Shown here: positions 54,886 through 62,950 of the stretch, one piece after another
Position numbering within the stretch: position 1 is the stretch's first letter
Layout of the letters: the number at the start of each line of letters is the position of its first letter
Source: an uncultured bacterium
GTDB taxonomy: Bacteria; Omnitrophota; Omnitrophia; Omnitrophales; Danuiimicrobiaceae
Direction of reading: 5' to 3'
DNA length: 64,000 nt
NCBI GenBank assembly: GCA_964373885.1
Contig: CAYJWM010000002.1
Span: 2,189 to 66,188, forward strand
Translations under genes and position numbers: made by a program
Notes under the pieces: generated by a model
Database searches by the model: none
Seen by the model: only the letters and a program-made list of their open reading frames with translations
What the model was told of the DNA's origin: nothing

Positions 54886-55711
54886 ACTTTTTTGGTTCAA
54901 GTGGATGATTCCGCTCGCGATGCTGGGCGTTATTTATTACCCCACTTTTTTGTGGATGATCGACCGCTGGGCCGCGCGCGATTCTTATTTCGGACACGGC
55001 TTCATCATTCCGTTTGTCTCGCTTTATTGGATATTTAAAAAACGCGGGACGCTTTCGCGCTTAAGCCGGAGGGGCGAACAGTGGGGATTTTTGATCGTTC
55101 TGGCGGGCGTTTTTCTTCAACTGGGGGCGAGTTTTTTAAGGATTTACTTTGTTTCCGCTTTTTCTTTGGTTTTGATTTTGATGGGGGGGATTTATTTCTT
55201 GTTCGGGCGGAAAATCGCCCGTGAGGTTTGGTTTCCGATTTTATTTCTTTCGCTCATGATCCCCCTGCCGCTTTTGGCGATTTCGGAGCTCACGCTTCAG
55301 ATGAAATTTTTTGTTTCGGAGATCTCCGCTTTTCTGCTTAATTCGATCGGCATTCGGGCTGTTCGAGAAGGAAGTTATTTGTACACGCCCAATGCGTTGG
55401 TATTGGTGGGGGACCCCTGCAGCGGGCTGAGGTCTTTTCTGGCATTTTTGTGTCTCGGGCTTGTGTTCGCCTATGAAAGCAAATCTATTTTCTGGAAACG
55501 GGTGGTGTTGGTGATCTCGGGACTTCCGCTTGCCATTGGTTCCAATGTGCTGCGGGTTTTTTCGCTCAGTCTTTTGAGTGAAATTTACGGAATGGGTTTT
55601 GTCTCAAAAGGCGTGCATGATGCCTCCGGAATCATTGTGTTTGCGGTCGCTTTTTTTGCGTTCATGTTGATTCGAAAATCCCTTGAAGGATCGAGCCATG
55701 CGATGGGATAA
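54881..55711 (+). CDS. Exosortase (EpsH/Xrt family transpeptidase)
   Basis: WAARDSYFGHGFIIPFVSLY is the exosortase N-terminal motif. Catalytic Cys lies in GDPCSGLRSF, and the Arg region is GSNVLRV. Eight or so TM helices. An alternative upstream ATG at 54794 would add a repeat-encoded 29-aa tail. Confidence 0.85.
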   Translation: MTLFWFKWMIPLAMLGVIYYPTFLWMIDRWAARDSYFGHGFIIPFVSLYWIFKKRGTLSRLSRRGEQWGFLIVLAGVFLQLGASFLRIYFVSAFSLVLILMGGIYFLFGRKIAREVWFPILFLSLMIPLPLLAISELTLQMKFFVSEISAFLLNSIGIRAVREGSYLYTPNALVLVGDPCSGLRSFLAFLCLGLVFAYESKSIFWKRVVLVISGLPLAIGSNVLRVFSLSLLSEIYGMGFVSKGVHDASGIIVFAVAFFAFMLIRKSLEGSSHAMG

Positions 55712-56303
55712 ACATTATTTTGCTTTTGTTTTGATATTGGTCCCGCTTTCCGTGTTTCCATTGGCGCGGCCGTCCTCTTTTTCGGTGGATACGAAATTGG
55801 ATGCAAAGTTTGCGCAGATTCCGATGGCTTTTAGCGGCTGGCGCGGAACGGATCACGCCGTGGATGAGCGAACATATGAAATTCTTGAGACCCGGAACGT
55901 GCTTTCACGTCTGTACACCAACTCGGCGGGAAAAACGATACACCTGCTCCTTGTCAGTTCGGAAAAAGACAGACGCGTCGCCCATCCGCCCGAAGTGTGT
56001 TACCTTTCATCTCATTACACGATTATGGATGAACATGAAGAAACAATAAATGTGGCCGGCCGCGGGTTTGAGGTTAAAAAATTTATTGCTAGAAGCGAAA
56101 AAATTCCTTCCTATCAAGAAGAAGTGCTTTATGTTTATAAAGTGGGAGATCGTTTCACGACCAATTACTATGCCCAGCAGTTTCAATTTGCTTTTGATCG
56201 CCTGTCCAGAGGGAATTCCCGCGTCCTTTTGATCCGCCTTGCCGGGGCCGAGAAAACCACGCTTCAAAAGTTCTTTTCAGACTTTCTTCCGCACATTTCC
56301 TAA
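55698..56303 (+). CDS. EpsI family exosortase-associated protein
   Basis: N-terminal anchor, then FAQIPMAFSGWRGTD and AHPPEVCYLSS (the EpsI HsPe.C motif). It overlaps the exosortase 3' end. Confidence 0.75.
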   Translation: MRWDKHYFAFVLILVPLSVFPLARPSSFSVDTKLDAKFAQIPMAFSGWRGTDHAVDERTYEILETRNVLSRLYTNSAGKTIHLLLVSSEKDRRVAHPPEVCYLSSHYTIMDEHEETINVAGRGFEVKKFIARSEKIPSYQEEVLYVYKVGDRFTTNYYAQQFQFAFDRLSRGNSRVLLIRLAGAEKTTLQKFFSDFLPHIS

Positions 56304-56621
56304 ATTCAGCGCAGACTCCAAGAAACGATTTATAGGGGCGGTTTGTCCGGGTCTGTCCGGTTATGACTATGCTTAACCGCGCTTGTCCCCATGTTTATTT
56401 TTTATTTGTGATGAAAAAAGAGCACATATTATTGCTCTCGTAAGTTACTGAATTCTCACGATTTATGTAATTAAAATATTTAGGAAGAATAGTGTTTATT
56501 TTTTAAGACGCAGGTCTACGCGATTAAAATTGTTTTTATTTGCTTCACAAAGTGAAGTTCGTAAGTTTAATGATTTCAATCACTTAAAGCATTTGCTTTT
56601 TTCCGGAACTTCAAGAAAAGT

Positions 56622-56637
56622 TGGCATGGAATCTGCA
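56622..56637 (+). promoter_or_regulatory. Candidate sigma-54 (-24/-12) promoter for the priming transferase / PEP-CTERM gene group
   Basis: TGGCAT-ggaat-CTGCA has GG and GC at the canonical spacing. It lies 56 nt upstream of ATG 56693 in a 389-bp AT-rich intergenic region. A sigma-54 activator is encoded at 62947. Confidence 0.5.
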
Positions 56638-56692
56638 GTAAGACGGGAGCGTGTTTTGTGTGTGCGCAAATCTTCATTGGGGAGGTTTTTAA

Positions 56693-57448
56693 ATGGATGC
56701 TGGAAATCAGGCGGATTTCAGAGAGTTTTATAGCGATATTAAGGAAGAAGTGAAACTGCTTTTATTTTTCAGGCGCTATCAAAAAGCTTTGGAAGGTGAA
56801 ACGCCATGGGAAGAAAGCTTGGCGCTTACGACCGCCAAGCTTTCGACGAGACTTGCGGTGTCATGGAGGCGTTTTTTTAAACGGACCCTTGATGTGGTTG
56901 TGTCTGCTTCAGGTCTTCTGTTGGCGCTGCCGGCCATGGCGCTGATCGGAATTGCGATTAAGCTGGATTCTCGCGGACCGATTGTATTCAAGCAGGGCAG
57001 GGTCGGCATTCGCGGCAAAGTGTTCACCATGTTTAAATTTCGCACCATGCGTCAGAACGCCGAAGAGATGACAGGTCCCATTTGGGCCAGGGAAGATGAT
57101 CCCCGAATCACAAGGGTAGGGAATTTTTTGCGCAAGACCCATTTGGATGAGCTCCCGCAGCTGTTTAATGTGTTGAAGGGTGAAATGAGCTTGGTGGGGC
57201 CGCGTCCGGAGCGCCCCTGTTTTGTGAATGAGTTTCGAAAAGTGATCCTGCATTACGAGAGACGCCTTTGCGTGAAACCGGGGATTACGGGCCTTGCGCA
57301 GATTAAACGTGGATACGACGAAACCATTAAGGATGTTCGTAAAAAGGTAAGGTATGATTTGCTGTACGTTCGAAAAATGTGTCCTGTTCTTGATGCGATG
57401 GTGCTCGGGATGACCGTGGCAGCCGTTGTGTTGCGGACGGGCAGGTAA
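56693..57448 (+). CDS. Undecaprenyl-phosphate sugar phosphotransferase (bacterial sugar transferase family, EpsB/WbaP C-terminal type)
   Basis: GGGGAGG RBS. One TM, then [41 protein letters not shown]. Confidence 0.9.
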   Translation: MDAGNQADFREFYSDIKEEVKLLLFFRRYQKALEGETPWEESLALTTAKLSTRLAVSWRRFFKRTLDVVVSASGLLLALPAMALIGIAIKLDSRGPIVFKQGRVGIRGKVFTMFKFRTMRQNAEEMTGPIWAREDDPRITRVGNFLRKTHLDELPQLFNVLKGEMSLVGPRPERPCFVNEFRKVILHYERRLCVKPGITGLAQIKRGYDETIKDVRKKVRYDLLYVRKMCPVLDAMVLGMTVAAVVLRTGR

Positions 57449-57511
57449 ACAGGTAAAAAAGGCATTATCGAATAAATGATTAAATCCAAAAGCGAAAAGA
57501 GAGGAAAAGCG

Positions 57512-58303
57512 ATGAAGAAAACACTGATAGTATTGGCAGTTGTGCTCGGGGTGTTTGGGGTGAGTTCCCCCGCCCAAGCCGTACCCACGATTGATGGTTT
57601 GTTGGGGGTTGGCGAGTGGGACAATATCGGTTACACCTATTATTTGAATGTGTTTGATCCGAATGAGCCGGATGTAACGCCGGATACGATGGATATTTTC
57701 CGCGTTACCCTATTGCAGGAATTGCTTCCTGCGGCAGGCGGAACCGGCACTACTCTAACCACGGCCGATGACGGGGTTTATCTATTGATTGAAACTTGGG
57801 TGAAGCCGACAACTCTAGAGGATCCGGACGGCTTGGTGTCTCAAAAGCCGGTGGTTGCCATGGAAGGTGATTTCTTTGCGGACGGCACTTTCGACGGCTT
57901 CAATATTTTCATCCGGCATCGGAACACCACACCGTTTAACGGCATTAACGATCCAGCAGCCGATTCGGTCACATGGTGCTTCGGTTCTGTGATTACTTGT
58001 GATCCAGACGGAGGCGGTTATTCTACATTTGACGGCACAGCGGGTTTTTTTGGTTCACTCGCGACCCATGCCCGAGGCGATGTATTTGAATACTTTTTGC
58101 CGACCGGCGGATTTTTTACACCCGTGGCTCCGTTCCCGTTTACGTTTATAGGAACCATCCTGTTCGACAATGGAAATGCGGGTCTGAACACCTCAGACGA
58201 CATTGTCATAGGGACTTTGATTCCGGAACCGGGGACCATGTTTCTTTTCGGCAGCGGGATGTTAGGTCTTTTGGGAGTCAAAAGGTTTCGCTTTAAGAAG
58301 TAG
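57512..58303 (+). CDS. PEP-CTERM sorting-domain secreted protein
   Basis: Signal peptide MKKTLIVLAVVLGVFGVSSPAQA. The C-terminus IPEPGTMFLFGSGMLGLLGVKRFRFKK is PEP + TM + basic cluster (58220-58300). Confidence 0.85.
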   Translation: MKKTLIVLAVVLGVFGVSSPAQAVPTIDGLLGVGEWDNIGYTYYLNVFDPNEPDVTPDTMDIFRVTLLQELLPAAGGTGTTLTTADDGVYLLIETWVKPTTLEDPDGLVSQKPVVAMEGDFFADGTFDGFNIFIRHRNTTPFNGINDPAADSVTWCFGSVITCDPDGGGYSTFDGTAGFFGSLATHARGDVFEYFLPTGGFFTPVAPFPFTFIGTILFDNGNAGLNTSDDIVIGTLIPEPGTMFLFGSGMLGLLGVKRFRFKK

Positions 58304-58310
58304 ATAAGCA

Positions 58311-59252
58311 ATGCAAGCACAACAAACAGAGCATGAAATCAGTGTCGCTTTGGAATCGCTAAAGCGCCTGGGCATGAAAACTGCCCAGGCGTTTTCCTCC
58401 GCTGGGGAACGTTCTGTGGTTCGTTCTGGAGTTAAGGAAAACGGTCTTTTTCAGGCCGCCCGCGATTTTTATGAGCAAGTTCTTTTGCTGACGCGCAAGG
58501 ATGTGACCCTGCCTCTCCTTTTTTTAATCATCGCTTTTTTGGATTTTGCCGCTTTAATTGTACTCTATTTGATTCCGTCCCCACCGGTTTCTTATGTCTT
58601 GGCCCCCATTGTGAGGACGTTTTGGGGGGAGCGGTTTTTGCATTATCCGGACAATTTTCTGCTTTTGCCTAAATTGATGACTCACGCCCATTTTGTGATG
58701 TCCACCTGCTTCGGCGTGTTGATTACCGGCATCACCATGAAGAAAATCGAAGCCAGTTTGGATCGAAACGCCTCCATTTCCATCCTGAGCGCCGTTCAGG
58801 CCTTAGGAAAGCGCTTTTTTCCTCTTTTGGCCACCTGGTTGGGCACTTATTTTCTTTTTTTCGCCATCTTGAAAATGTCACTGCCGTTTGTTTCCAAAAA
58901 TCCGTGGGTTCAGCTTGCCGCGGTCTACCTGTTCGGATTATTGTTTCAGTCGGTCAGTATTTATTTGCTGCCCGCCATGGTGATTTCAAGCCGGCGGTTT
59001 TTAATGCGACTTTCGGAAGGTTTTGCGTTTGGGGTACGAAATTTTCAGATGACGCTGGCTCTTTTGGCGGCACCGGTTTTTGTGATCATCCTTGTGTTTT
59101 TTTCACGGCTTTTGACCCCTCTGTACATCCGTATTTATCCCGAGCTTGTTTTGTGGGTGCTGGGCTTTGGCATTATTCTTACTGCCCTTGTGGATTATAT
59201 CATTACGTTGTCTACGACGGCCGTCTTTCTGAAGGGGAGGAATGAAACATGA
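58311..59252 (+). CDS. Polytopic membrane protein of unknown function between the two PEP-CTERM genes
   Basis: 313 aa. A soluble N-terminal region of about 70 aa is followed by about 6 TM helices. ATGA overlap with the downstream gene. Confidence 0.4.
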   Translation: MQAQQTEHEISVALESLKRLGMKTAQAFSSAGERSVVRSGVKENGLFQAARDFYEQVLLLTRKDVTLPLLFLIIAFLDFAALIVLYLIPSPPVSYVLAPIVRTFWGERFLHYPDNFLLLPKLMTHAHFVMSTCFGVLITGITMKKIEASLDRNASISILSAVQALGKRFFPLLATWLGTYFLFFAILKMSLPFVSKNPWVQLAAVYLFGLLFQSVSIYLLPAMVISSRRFLMRLSEGFAFGVRNFQMTLALLAAPVFVIILVFFSRLLTPLYIRIYPELVLWVLGFGIILTALVDYIITLSTTAVFLKGRNET

Positions 59253-60025
59253 AGCTCAATTGGCGAACGGCTTTCATTGCTTCGGCGCTTGTGGTCACGC
59301 TGCCAATGGCACAGGTCAGCGCTCTGTCGGTGGCGGAGCTTGGATTTCCTGCGATTTACGTTACCTCATCTCAGGCGGAGGAGTCGATGACCATATTTGC
59401 GCATCCGCCCGTGAATATTCAGCAGGAGATGAATGTGAGCGAAAGCCCGATTTTTGATTTTGTGGTCAAAGATCAGGCCATTGAGCTGACACCTATGCCG
59501 GATGAATTAGGCGGGCTTCTTGAAAAAGAGCTAAGCTTGGGCCTTGAAAAAGAGCTGAGCATGGGCCAGGATGACGAAATTTTTCCACCGGACATTGACA
59601 TTGAGCAAGCCCCTGTTTCCAAAGAGCATTTTTGGACCAAGAAAAAAGTGTTTATCGCAACGGGGGTTCTTTTGACCACAGGGCTTCTTTTTGGCGTTCT
59701 GGCATTTGCTTTATCGGGCTCAGGATCTGGAAGTGGGTCCGGCAGTAGTTTTGGTGGAGGAGGGGGAGTGCCTAACAATCCAAATCCAGACGATCCTTCG
59801 GATCCAGACGATCCTTTGGATGTAGATGATCCTATCCCCCCATTAACTTGTCCGGATGGAGGCGATTGTATCCCAGATGATGGAGGAGGGCCTATTGGAC
59901 CGCCGGGCATAGATGTGGTACCGCTCCCTGATCCCAACGGGATTCCACACAGCCCGGAGCCGGCTACTTTTCTTTTGTTTGGGCTCGGGTTATTTTTACC
60001 CTTGTTGAGGCGCAAAACATCATGA
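59249..60025 (+). CDS. PEP-CTERM sorting-domain protein with internal hydrophobic segment and SG / Asp-Pro-rich linker
   Basis: Signal peptide MKLNWRTAFIASALVVTLPMAQVSA. The C-terminus SPEPATFLLFGLGLFLPLLRRKTS lies at 59951-60022. Also present: an internal VFIATGVLLTTGLLFGVLAFAL segment, an (SG)n run and an NPNPDDPSDPDDPLDVDDP stretch. Confidence 0.8.
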   Translation: MKLNWRTAFIASALVVTLPMAQVSALSVAELGFPAIYVTSSQAEESMTIFAHPPVNIQQEMNVSESPIFDFVVKDQAIELTPMPDELGGLLEKELSLGLEKELSMGQDDEIFPPDIDIEQAPVSKEHFWTKKKVFIATGVLLTTGLLFGVLAFALSGSGSGSGSGSSFGGGGGVPNNPNPDDPSDPDDPLDVDDPIPPLTCPDGGDCIPDDGGGPIGPPGIDVVPLPDPNGIPHSPEPATFLLFGLGLFLPLLRRKTS

Positions 60026-61413
60026 AGAAAAGCGGTTGGCTGTTTCTGATTTTGGCGTTTTTGGTTTCCGGCTGCCGGGAGAGTTATTTCGCCGAAAAGC
60101 AGTTTTATAAAGCGTCCCAGCTGCGTGCCCGCGGTTCTTCTTATGAAGCCACGTTGGAAGCGTTTAACCAAGTGGTGAGCAAATACCCCGGGACTTATAA
60201 GGCGGCCGATAGTCTATTTGTGATTGCCGAACTCAAACTCAAGCAAAAAGATTACGAAGGCGCTCGCCAGGCCTTGGGCCGTGTGATCCAAAACTTTCCC
60301 GGCCGGCAGGCGAAAGTTTGTGACGCGCGCCATGCCATTGCCCAAAGCTATGAATTAGAGGGAAAATGGCCGGAAGCCGAAAGGGCTTATTGGGAAACGG
60401 CCGAATATCACTCGCTTGAGGTAAAAGGTCTTTATGCCCCTATTCAGGTAATGACCCACTATAAAAAAGCGGGGGATATACCAGCCAAGGAGCAGGCCTA
60501 TCAACGAGCCATGGCGCATTTTAAGAAGGTCCTTCATGAAATCGGCCCCATTCAAGCGGCTGCCCAGGTGCGGAATTATATGGCCCTTTTGGATTTAATG
60601 GCCGGAAACCGCGAAAAGGCCAAGGCAGAATGGCTTGCCATCGCCAAAGATTTTCCAAAGGACAAATACTACGCACCGCTTTCCGTTTTGGCGGCGGCGG
60701 ATGCGGCCTCTGAAAAGGGCTCTATCTCTGAGGAAGCGCTCGCGCTTTATGAGCGCTTTTTGAAGGGTTATCCGAAACATTCACTTGCTGGCAAAACGGC
60801 CGTTCGTCTCGGGCTGCTTTATTTAAACAAGAGAAATTTTGCGAAGGCGCGTGAACATCTGGAACAAGTGGCGAACCAAAATTTCAGCAAGAATAAAGCT
60901 CAAGCGACCGATGTGAAGCTTTTGATCGCGAAGGTTTATGAGGCGGAAGGCCTGTGGCCGGAAGCCGAAAAAATTTATGAGGCCCTCGAGCAAAACGAAC
61001 CGGCCACCACAGCCGCCCTGCAGGTCCCTTTTTTGCGGGCCGCTTATTATGAAGCGACGGGTGATCAGGAAAAAGCGGAACAAATTCTGAATCAAGCTGT
61101 CGAACATTACAAGAATTTTGAACAGCAACACCCGAATACCGAGATTGCGAAATATGCCAGACGCCAATTGCAGTCGGTGTATATCAGACAGGGTAATTGG
61201 GATCAAGTGCTTGTCAATATCGACGAAGATTTACAGAAAGAACGCAATTTCGCCCGCCAGGGTGAATGGTCTTTGTTGAAAGCGCTCATTACCGAAAATC
61301 GGCTTCAAGACAAAGGGAAAGCGGTCGCGCTGTACCAGGATTTCTTGAAGCGGTATTCGGGCCACCCATTGGTAGGGGTAGCCAAAAGTCATTTGGAAGC
61401 GTTGTCGAGTTAA
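60022..61413 (+). CDS. TPR-repeat lipoprotein
   Basis: Lipobox LVSGC after MKKSGWLFLILAF. Multiple TPR-like repeats follow (recurring A..Y....G.W.EAE.). ATGA overlap upstream. Confidence 0.8.
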   Translation: MKKSGWLFLILAFLVSGCRESYFAEKQFYKASQLRARGSSYEATLEAFNQVVSKYPGTYKAADSLFVIAELKLKQKDYEGARQALGRVIQNFPGRQAKVCDARHAIAQSYELEGKWPEAERAYWETAEYHSLEVKGLYAPIQVMTHYKKAGDIPAKEQAYQRAMAHFKKVLHEIGPIQAAAQVRNYMALLDLMAGNREKAKAEWLAIAKDFPKDKYYAPLSVLAAADAASEKGSISEEALALYERFLKGYPKHSLAGKTAVRLGLLYLNKRNFAKAREHLEQVANQNFSKNKAQATDVKLLIAKVYEAEGLWPEAEKIYEALEQNEPATTAALQVPFLRAAYYEATGDQEKAEQILNQAVEHYKNFEQQHPNTEIAKYARRQLQSVYIRQGNWDQVLVNIDEDLQKERNFARQGEWSLLKALITENRLQDKGKAVALYQDFLKRYSGHPLVGVAKSHLEALSS

Positions 61414-61569
61414 TCGTTGTGCTTGCATGAAAGAAAACTATGCAAGGGATAGAAAAAATCGGCAATTTCGTCTACGACCCCGGGTTCTAAGCATTTAGTC
61501 AACCAGTTAGTGTTTAAAAAAGTGATTTTTTATGCGCAAATTGTGTGTAAAAAAATCAACTATTCGGTG

Positions 61570-61597
61570 TTGACGCCCAGCCGCCATGTGGTATAAT
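61570..61597 (+). promoter_or_regulatory. Near-consensus sigma-70 promoter (TTGACG - 16 nt - TGgTATAAT, extended -10)
   Basis: TTGACG at 61570-61575 and TATAAT at 61592-61597, preceded by TGG. It lies upstream of the kinase ATG at 61670, and it overlaps the ORF-track start at 61586, which argues against that start. Confidence 0.6.
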
Positions 61598-61669
61598 CCC
61601 CCCTCTTTTGAAATCAGTAAAATTCTCCGCCAGAAAGGCAGTAACCGTTTTTCCCTTGAAACATCGCTT

Positions 61670-62950
61670 ATGAAGTCCGCATGGACCAAAGATGGCGAAA
61701 AAACCCGCGAAGAGGACCTCCTTTCGGCCATTGAGCATACGGCCGCGATTCACTCCATTGGCAATCCGGCTCAGTTAATTGAGTTCGGATTGGATGCCAT
61801 TTGCGCTATTACCGGTGCCCATGCCGGCTCCGTTTTTTTATGGGATGAGACCTCTAAGGAATTGATTCTAAGTTGCGGCCGCGGGCCTTATCTGGAAAAG
61901 ATTTCCAGTGCGCGAATTCGTCTTAAAGAAGGGATCGCGGGCTGGGTGGCCGATACGGGAAAATCGGTTTTGGTCAAAGACGTACAGAAAGACTACCGGT
62001 TTTACGCTTTGAAACGGTTTAATGACTATCGCTCACATTCGTTCATTTCCATTCCTCTTGTGGCCGGCGACAATAAATTAATCGGCGTCCTCAACCTCAC
62101 CGAACAAAAAGACCTTACGCCTTTCGACAATGAAGATTTGGAATGCGCAAATGCCGTTGCGAAACACATGGCATTGGCCTATGAGCATCTGAAGATTCAA
62201 AAACGCCTCAAAAAAGAAAACTCCGATTTAAATCAAGCCAATCAAACGCTCAAGGAAACATTAAACCAGCAGGAATCTTTTGTTTCCATCGGGAAGCTGG
62301 CTTCCCATCTGGCCCATGAGCTGAACAATCCGCTGGATGCCATCCGCCGCTTCATTGGTTTGGCCCTGGATCAAGTGATGGAAGATTCGCTCACGCGGGA
62401 ATATTTGGTGAAGGCGAAACAAGGCGTTCGCAGAGCCATTCAGGTTATTCGCGGCCTTCTCTCTTTTTCTCGGGAGACAAACGCCGCCGGCCCTCGCTTC
62501 GCCGAACTTCATATGACCATCGATCAAATCGTCACCGAAATGGCTCAAAACTCAAATTACGGCGGCGTTTCGTTCAAATTGGAATTCTGTGAGGGTCCGA
62601 TTCGCGTATACGATTGCGGTTTGAAGGCCGTGTTCCGGAATTTGTTCGATAATGCCCATCATGCCATGAGCGGAAATGGGCAAATCACAGTTTCAACGCA
62701 CCGGAACGGGACGTGCGTGACGGTGTCGGTCCGCGATACAGGGTGTGGAATATCAGAGCAAATGAAGGAACGGGTGTTTGAGCCCTTTTTTACAACCAAA
62801 GAAGAAGGCCGAGGAACGGGAATCGGTCTCGCCATTTGCCGGGACATTGTAGAGCGTTCCGGCGGCAAAATTACATTTGCGAGCGAAACGCAGAAAGGCA
62901 CTGCCTTTTTTGTCATGCTCCCGCTGGCTTCGTGGGAAGGACGTTTATGA
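61670..62950 (+). CDS. Cytoplasmic GAF-domain sensor histidine kinase
   Basis: Start moved to ATG 61670. GAF region GSVFLWDETSKELIL...LIGVLNL. H-box SHLAHELNNPLDAI, N-box FDNAHHAM, G-boxes RDTGCGI and GTGIGLAI. No TM segments. Confidence 0.85.
   Translation: MKSAWTKDGEKTREEDLLSAIEHTAAIHSIGNPAQLIEFGLDAICAITGAHAGSVFLWDETSKELILSCGRGPYLEKISSARIRLKEGIAGWVADTGKSVLVKDVQKDYRFYALKRFNDYRSHSFISIPLVAGDNKLIGVLNLTEQKDLTPFDNEDLECANAVAKHMALAYEHLKIQKRLKKENSDLNQANQTLKETLNQQESFVSIGKLASHLAHELNNPLDAIRRFIGLALDQVMEDSLTREYLVKAKQGVRRAIQVIRGLLSFSRETNAAGPRFAELHMTIDQIVTEMAQNSNYGGVSFKLEFCEGPIRVYDCGLKAVFRNLFDNAHHAMSGNGQITVSTHRNGTCVTVSVRDTGCGISEQMKERVFEPFFTTKEEGRGTGIGLAICRDIVERSGGKITFASETQKGTAFFVMLPLASWEGRL

Noticed and set aside
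59714-59749. Short-period repeat (tcgggctcaggatctggaagtgggtccggcagtagt), considered as a microsatellite or CRISPR-like signal.
   Set aside because: It is an in-frame (Ser-Gly)n linker using mixed codons inside a supported CDS. There is no repeat-spacer organisation.
61422-61446. Possible terminator hairpin after the TPR gene (cttgcat-N11-atgcaag).
   Set aside because: It has only a 7-bp stem with an 11-nt loop and no downstream U-tract. That is too weak to call.
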